NCBI GenBank assembly: GCA_900768875.1
Contig: CAAGEP010000006.1
Span: 71,950 to 135,949, forward strand
Length of the DNA: 64,000 bases
Reading direction: 5' to 3'
Origin: Alphaproteobacteria bacterium
GTDB lineage: Bacteria; Pseudomonadota; Alphaproteobacteria; CAAGCB01; CAG-977
Shown: positions 9,101 through 16,722 of the stretch, in pieces
How the letters are laid out: each line of letters starts with the position of its first letter
How positions within the stretch are numbered: the stretch's first letter is position 1
Made by a program: the position numbers and the translations under genes
The notes under the pieces: generated by a model
The model's database searches: none
What the model was told of the DNA's origin: nothing
Seen by the model: only the letters and a program-made list of their open reading frames with translations

Positions 9101-9993
9101 GCAGCCGTTTAATCGGTGAACAGGGAAACGCAGGGGCGGCTGAAGAAAACAGTATTGCCGTAAAAATGCAGATTAAATGGACGCGTTTGATTCGTCCCGA
9201 CGGTGCGGCGTTCAAGTTTGAAGACGGTGCGTCGGGCGACGCGCAGGGGCGCGCCGGTGTTTCGTCGTACGTCGATTTGCAGCTGATTCGGAAATTCGGG
9301 ACGCCGTTGTTGCAAAGTACGGTTTCCTCCGCGCTGTTGTGGGCGATGTCTTCCAATTCAAAACCCGAAGTCGGCGACAACGGCGAAATCGCGCTCAGCG
9401 ACCGTCAGCAGGCGGCGCAGGACGCGCGTTCTCAGTTTTCGGACGATATGAGATCGATGTTTGATTCCATTTTTGCCATGACGTCCAAAATTCCGGCTCG
9501 TTCGTTTGTTCCGTCGGGAACGCGGATTACCGTTTTCGCCAAAGAGGATTTATGGCTTCGTTCCGAAGTGGAAGATAACGAAGTCAATCCTATGCTTGGA
9601 AAGGGATTGGTAAACGAAAAAATGGGTACCGAAGAAGACTTGCGCCTGCAAAAACAAAAGATGAAAGACAAAGGCGAGGATATGGGCGGCTTGACGCAGG
9701 AACAAGTAAATCAAAACACTATGATAGCGGGCGGGACTCCGAACAATCCGCAAATGCAGCAGCAGATTTACTACAACAGCTACGGTCAGCCCGTTATGCC
9801 GCAACAAGGCGGATTGGCGCCTCAGCAAGTGCCGGCCGGATATTATGCCGCACCGCCGGGATACTACGGTTATGCTCCGCCGCCGCAGTCGCAACTGCTG
9901 ACTCCGCCGGCGCCGCAACAGCCGAAGCCGCAGAGCGCGCCGGCGCTTCAAGAATCGGTCAAGGATGAAGATCCCGCCCCCGAATTGTTCTGA
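3121..9993 (+). CDS. virB10: giant T4SS VirB10/TrbI family protein (~2290 aa) with N-terminal TM anchor, ~1600-aa tandem-repeat insertion, VirB10 C-terminal domain and Q/P/Y-rich tail
   Basis: The ATG at 3121 overlaps the virB9 stop. A TM helix follows (LLLVGIFAFLAFFIGLIVLLSG). The C-terminal region (YRVKMDNMILADKAIPAVLTRSIDSLYSDVPVSAVVERNVY...IIPAGSRLIGEQ...) matches the VirB10/TrbI fold signature. The gene sits in canonical virB9-virB10-virB11 order. Confidence 0.75.
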   Translation: MNEELLSSSDKYLKKSNRTLLLVGIFAFLAFFIGLIVLLSGGEAQKEDAKVTVEGASDAFTDITGGDADNFSNFDEPSTGVKLNVTPDVMRFDQVVLGTSAEGALTITPSSGRVSIMEIAFENNPDDGFKLESKCKPNDILTTDLSCTVIVKWEPKTARTIQSNLAIKWRDETAGAIGKTVLVSVSAMAIDTSLCGVCDEAPGGGTTADQLRQKGRLILGPDGKPIGYADENGVVYGLDGKRIGTLRPDGTVVDDQGYIIGVAEGVRVALGPDGSIIGTILPDGRVIDKDGNLIGYALPDGTIVDLNGNVIGAAMRTGTAVDKNGNPIGRVMPDGRVLDENGNLIGYLNPDGTIVDLNGNIIGSVMPSGAVVDALGRVLGIVMPDGSVVDKDGNVIGRVLPNGFVVDKDGNIIGRVIKEGLAIGPGCRLIGRVSTDGSVMSSNKQVGRLTAAMIVVDMGNNPVGGYVQEGAVLGWDGKTIGKIDSDGQPVSFKGDLLGCLLPNAAVVNDSEEMIGALRPYGTVVGTRCGFEGRVMPDGSVVNNGELKGRILPDKTFLREDGTIGGAIARSNVGLAPGCANLGFANIDGQMMTTKGEFVGCLAANGDVLDDKYVVLGRVLDTGTAIGVDGRMIGILDSAGKIVDKNGKVLACMDPDYVAISETKNEPVGMATPQGGVLDRDGRTVGWVMPDASVKNTQGGSVGKTLGDASVVDMTGQKVARVVPFQGLPLKAACEPVGRIIMDGRIVDKDFKRTAYLRLDDSLADEQDNFIGRLATAQHGIDSRSTYVGAIDETGALINQAGEKVGCLRPDNLFVDSDGKFKAAQMLTGLAVNPQTDLYARGDSIGKALNLKGTDFVGKTLVSTYIQNDDKTVTGGIIPAGAAVLDIKTSKPIGRLLPDGNAVNLQSRFLGRLKMPGGDVVDRAGTVVGRVFVGLRQVIGPNGEILGVVLSDGTVIDANGQVIGQADLQGKVVDKDGNVIGEVLPVGMPVLGADGKIIGYVGLNGEIVDEDGKPVLGEDGKPLRYRSGGMVVSADGKVVGFTLNDGLAIGFDNKVLGTINAQAVVRNANGTDLGTMQVDGTVVDTMATPIGRGLINAVPVGRQCRGLGAVNSEGKVVSASGDELGFVTFDRAVLDATNTQIGIVLSPDSVIDRPCNITGEIGRDGKFRSASGNETGCVDFDGIVTNKNTKRIGTVILKGPVIGFDGKVFGKVVPNGEVLDADGNVLGCFGADGAIYNKSNTLTGVSDLMKYAVDAKGKTVARIVGGKYGVSRENDKLVGMLEGGRLLDDKGTEIGLPVPAGRRVIGRDGRIVGTVLPKGGVAADNGENKGFVTSRMRALTPDNKFLGRVVPVGEECKDKGGQVVGKVHFDGTIVDENVEVLGRIMANGTALSNAGTYLCSISPMSVVDDVWTGKAVYDANGNLIGYVDEDGNVRDASGKIIGRVMPDGTVVDLNGNTIGYVALGEPVYDANGKLIGFVGEDGIVRDAQGNVIGTLRPDGTVVDENGNIIGKTLGTPLYDADGNLIGFVGKDGVARDLNGNVLGVPVFDENGKLIGFADKDGKVRDLKGNVIGTLRPDGTVVDENGNIIGKALGTPLYDADGNLIGFVGKDGVARDLKGNVLGVPVYDANGKLIGFADKDGTVRDLKGNVIGKVLPDGTVVDLNGNVIGKIDSRAMQAKKNVRIAVGRDGKFLGIVGEDGFVRDANGNIIGKVLPDGTVVDLNGNVIGSVIEGEPLYDENGNLIGVVKADGTVVDLNGNVLGHLNADGEIVDKDGNVIGIWKNGKLTMQGDKLKPRFAFDKNGNRIGIVLPDGTVIDANGNIIGHVDENGNVIGLDGEIIGSLTDGGGKEGKDKDKVSVFGKFDPDSYRYRGKGLGAGGGTGKGERYDPSRIKELRAKQMAYRKMIRPGLGAGLEEDSESALLKKQHRANNWSSININKNVSSYRVKMDNMILADKAIPAVLTRSIDSLYSDVPVSAVVERNVYSESGRKVIIPAGSRLIGEQGNAGAAEENSIAVKMQIKWTRLIRPDGAAFKFEDGASGDAQGRAGVSSYVDLQLIRKFGTPLLQSTVSSALLWAMSSNSKPEVGDNGEIALSDRQQAAQDARSQFSDDMRSMFDSIFAMTSKIPARSFVPSGTRITVFAKEDLWLRSEVEDNEVNPMLGKGLVNEKMGTEEDLRLQKQKMKDKGEDMGGLTQEQVNQNTMIAGGTPNNPQMQQQIYYNSYGQPVMPQQGGLAPQQVPAGYYAAPPGYYGYAPPPQSQLLTPPAPQQPKPQSAPALQESVKDEDPAPELF
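3775..8650 (+). repeat. intragenic tandem array (~90 copies) of a degenerate 17-19-residue unit V-[LM]-P-D-G-x-V-V-D-x-x-G-N-[VI]-I-G-x within virB10; includes near-identical 237-bp direct repeats (about 7591..7827 vs 7828..8064)
   Basis: Read directly from the translation (e.g. VMPDGSVVDKDGNVIGR / VLPNGFVVDKDGNIIGR). At the DNA level a 79-codon block is duplicated with only a few mismatches. Confidence 0.85.
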
Positions 9994-10009
9994 GTGAAAG
10001 GAATAGAAA

Positions 10010-10987
10010 ATGGCAACAGACGCGTTTCAAGTGTTAAAGTCGGTTTTGCGCTATTTGTCCTATTGGTACGAACAGGACAATGTGGAAGAAGTCGCCATTA
10101 ACCGTCCCGATGAAATCTGGCTGCGTTTGCGTGGGCGCCGCGCGTATCCGTGGGCTTGTCAGCAGGATAAAAACCTGTCCAGAACGTACTTGATGGATTT
10201 GATGCACATTATCGCCAACACTTTTGAACTGCCGTTCGACCCCGAACAGGGATCCCCCGCCGTATACGCGACTTTGCCGGGCGATCACCGTTTTACGGGG
10301 ATTGCGGGCAAAAATGTGATGTACGATAACGACGATTTGACGGGCGGCATCGCCATGTGCGTCCGCGTTCATTCCGACGGCGTTAAATTCGGACTGGGCG
10401 ATTACGGGTTGAAAGCGGGTGAACGTCTGCAAAAACTGAACAAGCTGAAAGAGGTCGAAAACCCCGAAGACCCGTATGAACGTTTAATCCTGTCCATCAA
10501 ACGCGGCGATCACATTCTGGTTTCCGGTGCGACGGCGACAGGTAAAACGACATTTTTGAACAACCTCTTAACGATTCTGGATTCTCATAAACGCGTCATT
10601 ACGATTGAAGATACGCGCGAATTGATTGTTCCGCATCCGAATCACGTTCATTTGGTTTTGTCGCGTACCGAACAAACGAACACGATGACGTATCCGAAGC
10701 TGATTGACCTTGTCGTGCGTTTTACGCCCGACGCGATTATCGGCGGTGAAATTTCGACGGCGAACGCGGGAGCTTTGTGGGAATTGATGGGATCCGGTCA
10801 CGACAACTGCTTTGCGACCATTCACGCCGAAAATTCGGAAGCCGCGTACAAAGCGTTCACCGACCGCATTTTGCACTGTTATCCGACCATTGACCGCGAA
10901 AAAACGATTGCCGAAATGCACGACAAACTGCGTGTCGTGCAAATCAACCGTCAGGGCAACATCCGCGCGGTGACCGAAGTGACTTAA
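10010..10987 (+). CDS. virB11: T4SS ATPase VirB11
   Basis: 325 aa with Walker A GATATGKTT and the VirB11/CpaF family layout. It lies immediately downstream of virB10. Confidence 0.85.
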   Translation: MATDAFQVLKSVLRYLSYWYEQDNVEEVAINRPDEIWLRLRGRRAYPWACQQDKNLSRTYLMDLMHIIANTFELPFDPEQGSPAVYATLPGDHRFTGIAGKNVMYDNDDLTGGIAMCVRVHSDGVKFGLGDYGLKAGERLQKLNKLKEVENPEDPYERLILSIKRGDHILVSGATATGKTTFLNNLLTILDSHKRVITIEDTRELIVPHPNHVHLVLSRTEQTNTMTYPKLIDLVVRFTPDAIIGGEISTANAGALWELMGSGHDNCFATIHAENSEAAYKAFTDRILHCYPTIDREKTIAEMHDKLRVVQINRQGNIRAVTEVT

Positions 10988-11394
10988 CCGTTTGTTTCGG
11001 GGGCGGACTGTTGTTCGGCCGCTTGCGCCCGATGCGCGCTTTGTTCGTTCAGTCCGCGCGCGATGTTCATGTTGATGCTGATAAGAATATCCAGCGCCTT
11101 GGCTTCGGGATTGGCCATAACGGTAAAAGTGTGTTTGAAAATAAAGTGCGCCAGATTGAACACGTTTTGTTTGATTTCAAAGGGCAGCGGATTGGATTCC
11201 TCGGTCGCGTCGCTGACCAGAATCGTCCAAAGCTTGCGGTTCAAATCCAACGCTTCCTGCAGCTGTTCTTTGGAAACGGGCCAATTTTCCTTGCACGCGT
11301 TCAGACGCGACGCGGTGCGGACCAAAGCGCGGGCTTCCAGTTCATTTTGCGGCAACGCAGACGATTCTGCCGCGGCATAGGGATTCGTGTTCAT
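10984..11394 (-). CDS. FlaF-like flagellar biosynthesis regulator (tentative)
   Basis: 136 aa. It resembles alphaproteobacterial FlaF (ELEARALVRTASRLNAC...NRKLWTIL...NPLPFEIKQNVFNLAHFIFKHT). Assignment is from memory of the family, not a search. Confidence 0.45.
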   Translation of the reverse strand: MNTNPYAAAESSALPQNELEARALVRTASRLNACKENWPVSKEQLQEALDLNRKLWTILVSDATEESNPLPFEIKQNVFNLAHFIFKHTFTVMANPEAKALDILISINMNIARGLNEQSAHRAQAAEQQSAPETNG

Positions 11395-11493
11395 TTTTAA
11401 AAAGCTCCTGTTTAAAAAGAAACTGAATTATGCTACCGTAAACAGGTTAAGAAATCAAAAAAGAAAAGCTTTTTGATAAAAGGATTCTAAAAA

Positions 11494-12396
11494 ATGAAAA
11501 AAAATCTGCTTTTGGGATTGATTGTTGCTTTTTTTGCGGTTCAAGCCGAGGCCGCCTCTCTCAAACGGGATCCGGAGGAGTTCCCCAACCGTTCCTGCGG
11601 CGGGGAAAATTCGGACGCCTATTTTAAAATCGCGGGATTTTCCCATTATCCGCCGTTTTCGTGGAAAGCGGCCGATTTGGAAGAATATAAGCGAAGGAAT
11701 ATTCAGGCCTATAAATATGACGGTTTCGCGGTTGATTTGGTTAAAACGGCTTTGGAAGAAATCAAGGTCAAAAAAATCGAAAGCGTCTTCTTTGATTCCG
11801 AAGAAGATATGCGTCGCGCCGTGCTGGAAGGCAAGGTTGATCTGATCTTTACGACTTTTTATCAGGGCGGCAACAAAACGGGGCTGGACTTTATTTATCC
11901 CGCATACTTCGGCAACCCGCTGACGGTGATTTCCCGCGCGGATAAAAAGGTTGACGTCGCCGACATCGCCGAACTGAAAGGCATGCTGGGGGTTGTCCGG
12001 CGCGAGGAAGGGGTTTTGCCGTTGATTCAGGGAAAATTGCCGACGGATACAAAGGTTGTTGAAGTGGACGGTGTCGATGCTGCGTTTGAAAAACTGCTGA
12101 GCGGCGAAGCCGATTTTATGATTTCCAGCCCTTATTCCGTCATTGCGGAATCCAAATTGCGGAAAAACGAGGACAAGCTTTACATTCAGAGCAAACCGCT
12201 GCGTCCCGTCAAATTGTTTGCGGCGTTTTCCAAAATGTCCAAATGCAAACGTTACAAGGATAAATTTGAAAAAGCTTTTGCAAAACATTATGCCGACAAA
12301 GCCGATGCGGAACAGCGTATGAAAACATACATTAAATTATGGGCTGAAAAAGGGATGCAGGCGGATGAGTTCCCGCCTTGGGATTCATTGCGGTAA
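11494..12396 (+). CDS. periplasmic substrate-binding protein, family 3 (amino-acid ABC-type), orphan
   Basis: Signal peptide (AVQAEA|AS) and an SBP_bac_3-like domain. No permease or ATPase genes are adjacent. Confidence 0.55.
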   Translation: MKKNLLLGLIVAFFAVQAEAASLKRDPEEFPNRSCGGENSDAYFKIAGFSHYPPFSWKAADLEEYKRRNIQAYKYDGFAVDLVKTALEEIKVKKIESVFFDSEEDMRRAVLEGKVDLIFTTFYQGGNKTGLDFIYPAYFGNPLTVISRADKKVDVADIAELKGMLGVVRREEGVLPLIQGKLPTDTKVVEVDGVDAAFEKLLSGEADFMISSPYSVIAESKLRKNEDKLYIQSKPLRPVKLFAAFSKMSKCKRYKDKFEKAFAKHYADKADAEQRMKTYIKLWAEKGMQADEFPPWDSLR

Positions 12397-12428
12397 AAAA
12401 AAGGAAGGCATTCGCCTTCCTTTTTTGT
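12397..12428. terminator. bidirectional rho-independent terminator between convergent SBP gene and aas
   Basis: Hairpin AAGGAAGGCATTCGCCTTCCTT flanked by an A-run and a T-run. Confidence 0.6.
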
Positions 12429-12440
12429 TGCAGGAAAAAA

Positions 12441-15400
12441 TCATTCCGCGCCGAATTTTTCTTCCGCCATTTTTTGCGCGGACACATAGTCGAATTTACC
12501 TGTTCCCAAAATGGGCGGTTCTTTGACAATGATGATTTTCGACGGCGTGCCGAGGTCGTTCAGTCCCACTTGCTTGATATACGCGCGGATTTGCGCCGCA
12601 TCGGCGTTTTCCGCTGTGGTAATCAGCACCAGCTGTTCGCCTTTTTTCACGTCGGCAATGGCGACGACGCCCTGAACCGCGCCTTCGTACAATTTTGCCA
12701 GTTCTTGCTCGATTGCCGTCAGCGAAATCATTTCGCCGCCGATTTTCGCAAAGCGTTTGGCGCGCCCTTTAATCGCGACAAAGCCGTCTTTGTCAACCGC
12801 GACGATGTCGCCCGTGTCATGCCAGCCGTCGGCGGGCGGCTGCAAGACGCAGGGTTTGTCCGCTTTCATATAGCCTTGCATGATATTGTCGCCGCGCACG
12901 AACAGGCGTTTGCCTTCGGTAATGCCGGGGACGTCTTCCAATCGGGCTTCCAACCCCGGAACCAAACGTCCGACCGTGCCGGCTTTGATGTACATCGGAG
13001 TATTCACGGCAATCAAGGGGGCGGCTTCGGTCGCGCCGTAGCCTTCCAAAATGCGGATGCCGAATTTTCTGCTCCACAATTCCGCGGTGGTTTCTTTCAG
13101 TTTTTCAGCGCCGACAATCGCATAACGCAGGGCAAAGAAATCGTACGGGTGAGCCGACGCCCCGTATCCCGCAAAGAACGTGTCCGTGCCGCACAAAATC
13201 GTCGCGTTCGTGGCGTACACCAGTTCGGGAACGATGCGATAGTGCAAAGGCGACGGATAATAGAACGTTTTGATGCCCGAAAGCGTTGTCAACAGCGTCC
13301 CGATGCCCAGCCCGAACGCGTGGAACATCGGCAAAGCGTTAAAGAATACGTCGTTCGAGTTCAAATCCAAAATGCTCAAAGCCTGATATCTGTTCGCTTG
13401 GAAATTGATGTGCGACAGCAAAACGGCTTTGGGCATGCCTTCCGACCCCGACGTGAACAAAATCGCGGCGGTTTGGTCGGCGGCGTGTTTGGGTTTGCGG
13501 CTCAGCAGGTAATCGGTAATGCCGCGGAATTTGTCTTCGCCCGAAACCTGCTGGGCAAAGTCTTCCATGTAAACCAGATTGATGCCCGCGTCGCGAATGG
13601 CGGCTTCCAATTTTTCCAGTTTGCCGCCTTCGATGAACTTGTGCGACGTCACGACCGTTTTCAAGCCGACCGTTTTAATACAGGACAGAACTTGAGCGAT
13701 ACCGCTGGAAAAGTTCAGCATGGCGGGGACTTTGTCGCGGCTTTGCAGGGCAAAGAACACAACCAGATTCGCCAAAACGTTCGGCAGCAGAATCCCCAAT
13801 CGTTCTTCATTCGGCAACAGGCGATCAAACGTGCGCCCCAAGACATAGCTTTTCAAAATCAGTGTTTTGTAGCGCAAAGGTTTGCGGCTGATATCTTCGG
13901 CGATGATATGGTGCTTGCCGTGGATTTTCTGCGCGTTCAGCAATCCCGTGAACAGATGTTCGTTGATTTTGGATGACGCGTACATCATTTCCGACATCAT
14001 CGTGTACAGCTGCAGCGAAACTTCGTGATTGCGCAGACGTCCCGTCAAAGCGGGATCAATGTCGAACTTTTTGTGCGGCATGATGTTGATGGTGATTTTG
14101 GGGAAGTATTGCGTTTTAAACTTTGTTTTCAGCAAAGAAAACTTGGAATACTGCGCCCCGTTGATGCGCACGGGCAGAATGTTCGCGTTGGCTTTTTCCG
14201 CGACGATGCCCGCGCCTTCGTACACTTTCATCAAAGCGCCCGTAACGCTGATGCGCTGTTCGGGGAAAATCATGACTTTGTTGTTGCGCTTAATCAAGTC
14301 GATTAACGAACGCAAAGACAGCGGATTGTTCAAGTCCAAAGGATACAAGTCCACCATCAGCGAAAAGAATCGCGCAAACCAGCGGTTTTCCCATTCGGGC
14401 TTGATGACGAACGTGATTTTTTCGGGCATGAACGCCGCAATCAGCAGACCGTCCAGCAAAGACGTGTGGTTGGCGACAATCAAAACGCGCTTGCCCGATT
14501 CTTGAAAATTGGGAAGCCCTTTGACGGTCACGCGGAACAGCGTTTCCAAAATCGTTTGCGCGATGGAACGCACCAAAGCCGCGGGCAGAACAGAGCAGTT
14601 GTACACCGACACGACAAAGCTTGCCAAAGCGAACAACAGGAAAATGGCGGAAATGCCCAAGTCAAAATGACGCAGAACGGCAACAATCAACGCCACGACG
14701 GCAATGCCCGCCGCGTTGATGATGTTGTTGGCGGCAAAAACGGCGGCGCGGTTGGCGTCGGTCGCTTTTTTCTGAATCAAGTTGCTTAACGGCGTGATAT
14801 ACATGCCGCAGCAAAATGCCAGCAGGAAAAAGAACAAGCAGAACACGGCGGGACGGAATCGGGTGATGAATTCGACGAAATCAACGCGTTCCGCAGGCGT
14901 TCCGTATCCCAAAGTCAAAACGGACAAGGCCAGAAAACACACGGCGATGCCCAGCGTGCTGATAGGAACGTAAGTGGTGTGGACAACGCCGCGCAGCAAA
15001 CGCGTGCAGTATGCAATACCGACGCCGACGCCTGCCGCGTACAAGCTCAGCAAAAACGCGGCGGCAACGGCATCCGTGTTGAACACCTGCGTAATCAGCG
15101 GATAAATCAGCAAAACAACCAGCAAACCCAGCGACCAAAACCACGTCGCGCCCAAAATGCTGCGGTAAATCAGCGGATAGCGGCGCACGGTGCGCAGGGT
15201 GGAGCGAATGCCTTTTAAAATGTTGCGGTCGAATTTCTGCAAATCGGGTTCGGGAGCTTCTTCTGCAACGGCGCGGGTGGCCAGATAACTGGCGAGCGAC
15301 AGCAGAATCAAGCACAGCGCGGCAAGGCGGACAGGCAGTAAAACGCCGAATAAAATCGCGACAACGATGCTGACATACGTTGATTTCGACGTATAGGCGT

Positions 15401-15821
15401 CACTGCCGATGAAGTCTTTTTCATCCAATCGTTCGGGCTGTAAAGCGTAGCGGATGGGACCGAAAAACGCGGACAAAGTGCCGAACAAAACGGGCAGGAT
15501 AATCAACAGTCCCGCGTTGTTGGCAAAGAAAACCAACCCTGCGACAAGCATCAAAACCAGTTCGACCAGTTTGACGGAACGGGTCAGCTTGATGCGTCCG
15601 TATTTTTTCGCCAACAAAGTGGCGCGCGCCGAAAACAAAAAGAACGGCAACAGCAAAAGCCCCGCAATCAGGTTTGACGGATCGGGCGATTGTTGTGTGA
15701 TGCGCACGGCGATAATCGTCAGCAAAGCGATTTTGAACAGGCTGTTCGTCAGTCCGTCAAACAAAACGGCAAATAGGCTTTTTGCGGCTTTGACCAAGTT
15801 TTCTGTGGAATGGGAAGACAT
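12441..15821 (-). CDS. aas: LplT-Aas fusion: MFS lysophospholipid transporter + PlsC-type acyltransferase (HxxxxD) + acyl-ACP synthetase (AMP-binding)
   Basis: 1126 aa. N-terminal multi-TM MFS region. NHTSLLD acyltransferase motif. AMP-binding motif TSGSEGMPKAV. Confidence 0.75.
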   Translation of the reverse strand: MSSHSTENLVKAAKSLFAVLFDGLTNSLFKIALLTIIAVRITQQSPDPSNLIAGLLLLPFFLFSARATLLAKKYGRIKLTRSVKLVELVLMLVAGLVFFANNAGLLIILPVLFGTLSAFFGPIRYALQPERLDEKDFIGSDAYTSKSTYVSIVVAILFGVLLPVRLAALCLILLSLASYLATRAVAEEAPEPDLQKFDRNILKGIRSTLRTVRRYPLIYRSILGATWFWSLGLLVVLLIYPLITQVFNTDAVAAAFLLSLYAAGVGVGIAYCTRLLRGVVHTTYVPISTLGIAVCFLALSVLTLGYGTPAERVDFVEFITRFRPAVFCLFFFLLAFCCGMYITPLSNLIQKKATDANRAAVFAANNIINAAGIAVVALIVAVLRHFDLGISAIFLLFALASFVVSVYNCSVLPAALVRSIAQTILETLFRVTVKGLPNFQESGKRVLIVANHTSLLDGLLIAAFMPEKITFVIKPEWENRWFARFFSLMVDLYPLDLNNPLSLRSLIDLIKRNNKVMIFPEQRISVTGALMKVYEGAGIVAEKANANILPVRINGAQYSKFSLLKTKFKTQYFPKITINIMPHKKFDIDPALTGRLRNHEVSLQLYTMMSEMMYASSKINEHLFTGLLNAQKIHGKHHIIAEDISRKPLRYKTLILKSYVLGRTFDRLLPNEERLGILLPNVLANLVVFFALQSRDKVPAMLNFSSGIAQVLSCIKTVGLKTVVTSHKFIEGGKLEKLEAAIRDAGINLVYMEDFAQQVSGEDKFRGITDYLLSRKPKHAADQTAAILFTSGSEGMPKAVLLSHINFQANRYQALSILDLNSNDVFFNALPMFHAFGLGIGTLLTTLSGIKTFYYPSPLHYRIVPELVYATNATILCGTDTFFAGYGASAHPYDFFALRYAIVGAEKLKETTAELWSRKFGIRILEGYGATEAAPLIAVNTPMYIKAGTVGRLVPGLEARLEDVPGITEGKRLFVRGDNIMQGYMKADKPCVLQPPADGWHDTGDIVAVDKDGFVAIKGRAKRFAKIGGEMISLTAIEQELAKLYEGAVQGVVAIADVKKGEQLVLITTAENADAAQIRAYIKQVGLNDLGTPSKIIIVKEPPILGTGKFDYVSAQKMAEEKFGAE

Positions 15822-15889
15822 GCTTAAATCCTCGGGAGTATTAAAAAAGACAGACCCGCCCGTTTAAAGGAAAGGTCTGTTTGAAAGGG

Positions 15890-16576
15890 TCAGTTTTCTT
15901 TTTTGGGTTCGCGCAGAACGTACCCGCGTCCCCAGACGGTTTCGATATAATCGTCGCCGCCCGTGGCGTCTTTGATTTTTTTACGCAGTTTGCAGATGAA
16001 CACGTCGATGATTTTCAGTTCGGGTTCGTCCATGCCGTTGTACAGGTGATTCAAGAACTGCTCTTTGCTCAGCGTTGTTCCTTTGGACAGCGACAAGCGT
16101 TCCAAAATGCCGTATTCGCGCCCCGTCAGATGCAAAGGCTTGCCGTTGACGAACGCGGTGCGGGTGTCCAGATTGACTTCGATTGCGCCCGTGCGGATGA
16201 CGGATTCCGAATGTCCTTTCGAGCGGCGGACCAGCGCGCGGATACGGGCGATAAGCTCGGCCTTGTCAAACGGTTTGGTCAGATAGTCGTCCGCGCCCGT
16301 TGAAAAGCCTTTGACTTTTTTATCCGCGCCCGACAATCCCGACAAAATCAAAACGGGAGTGTTGATTTTGGACGCGCGCAGGCGTTTCAAAACTTCGTAT
16401 CCGTCAATATCGGGCAGCATCAAATCCAGAATGATGACATCGTAGTCGTACAGTTTGCCGATTTCCAATCCGTCTTCGCCCAAAACGGTGGTGTCGACGA
16501 CCATGCCTTCTTTGTGCAGGACGGCTTCGATTGTTTGAGCCATTGCCTGATCGTCTTCGACTAATAAAACGCGCAT
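15890..16576 (-). CDS. ctrA: cell-cycle response regulator CtrA (OmpR family)
   Basis: Start at MRVLLVEDD (ATG 16576). Receiver domain plus winged-helix domain, with a strong match to alphaproteobacterial CtrA. The listed ORF has 24 extra N-terminal codons that are probably not translated. Confidence 0.8.
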   Translation of the reverse strand: MRVLLVEDDQAMAQTIEAVLHKEGMVVDTTVLGEDGLEIGKLYDYDVIILDLMLPDIDGYEVLKRLRASKINTPVLILSGLSGADKKVKGFSTGADDYLTKPFDKAELIARIRALVRRSKGHSESVIRTGAIEVNLDTRTAFVNGKPLHLTGREYGILERLSLSKGTTLSKEQFLNHLYNGMDEPELKIIDVFICKLRKKIKDATGGDDYIETVWGRGYVLREPKKEN

Positions 16577-16605
16577 AGGAAATTCCTTTTTCGGACAAAA
16601 TGAAA

Positions 16606-16620
16606 TTAACAGCTTATTAA
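16606..16620. promoter_or_regulatory. CtrA box TTAA-N7-TTAA (TTAACAGCTTATTAA) in ctrA-fliI divergent intergenic region
   Basis: Exact match to the CtrA consensus half-site spacing, between divergently transcribed ctrA and fliI. Confidence 0.55.
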
Positions 16621-16722
16621 CTTTATGTTTAATAACGCCGATATGCAAGCCGAAAAAATCAAAAAGCGGGCTTTTTTTATGCGGGAAAACATTATATAAA
16701 AAGATAAAAGGATAAAAAGTTT

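Noticed and set aside
12378-13976. 532-aa ORF on + strand
   Set aside because: It is antisense to the aas/lplT fusion gene, whose motifs are clear on the minus strand. The translation is Arg/Phe-rich nonsense.
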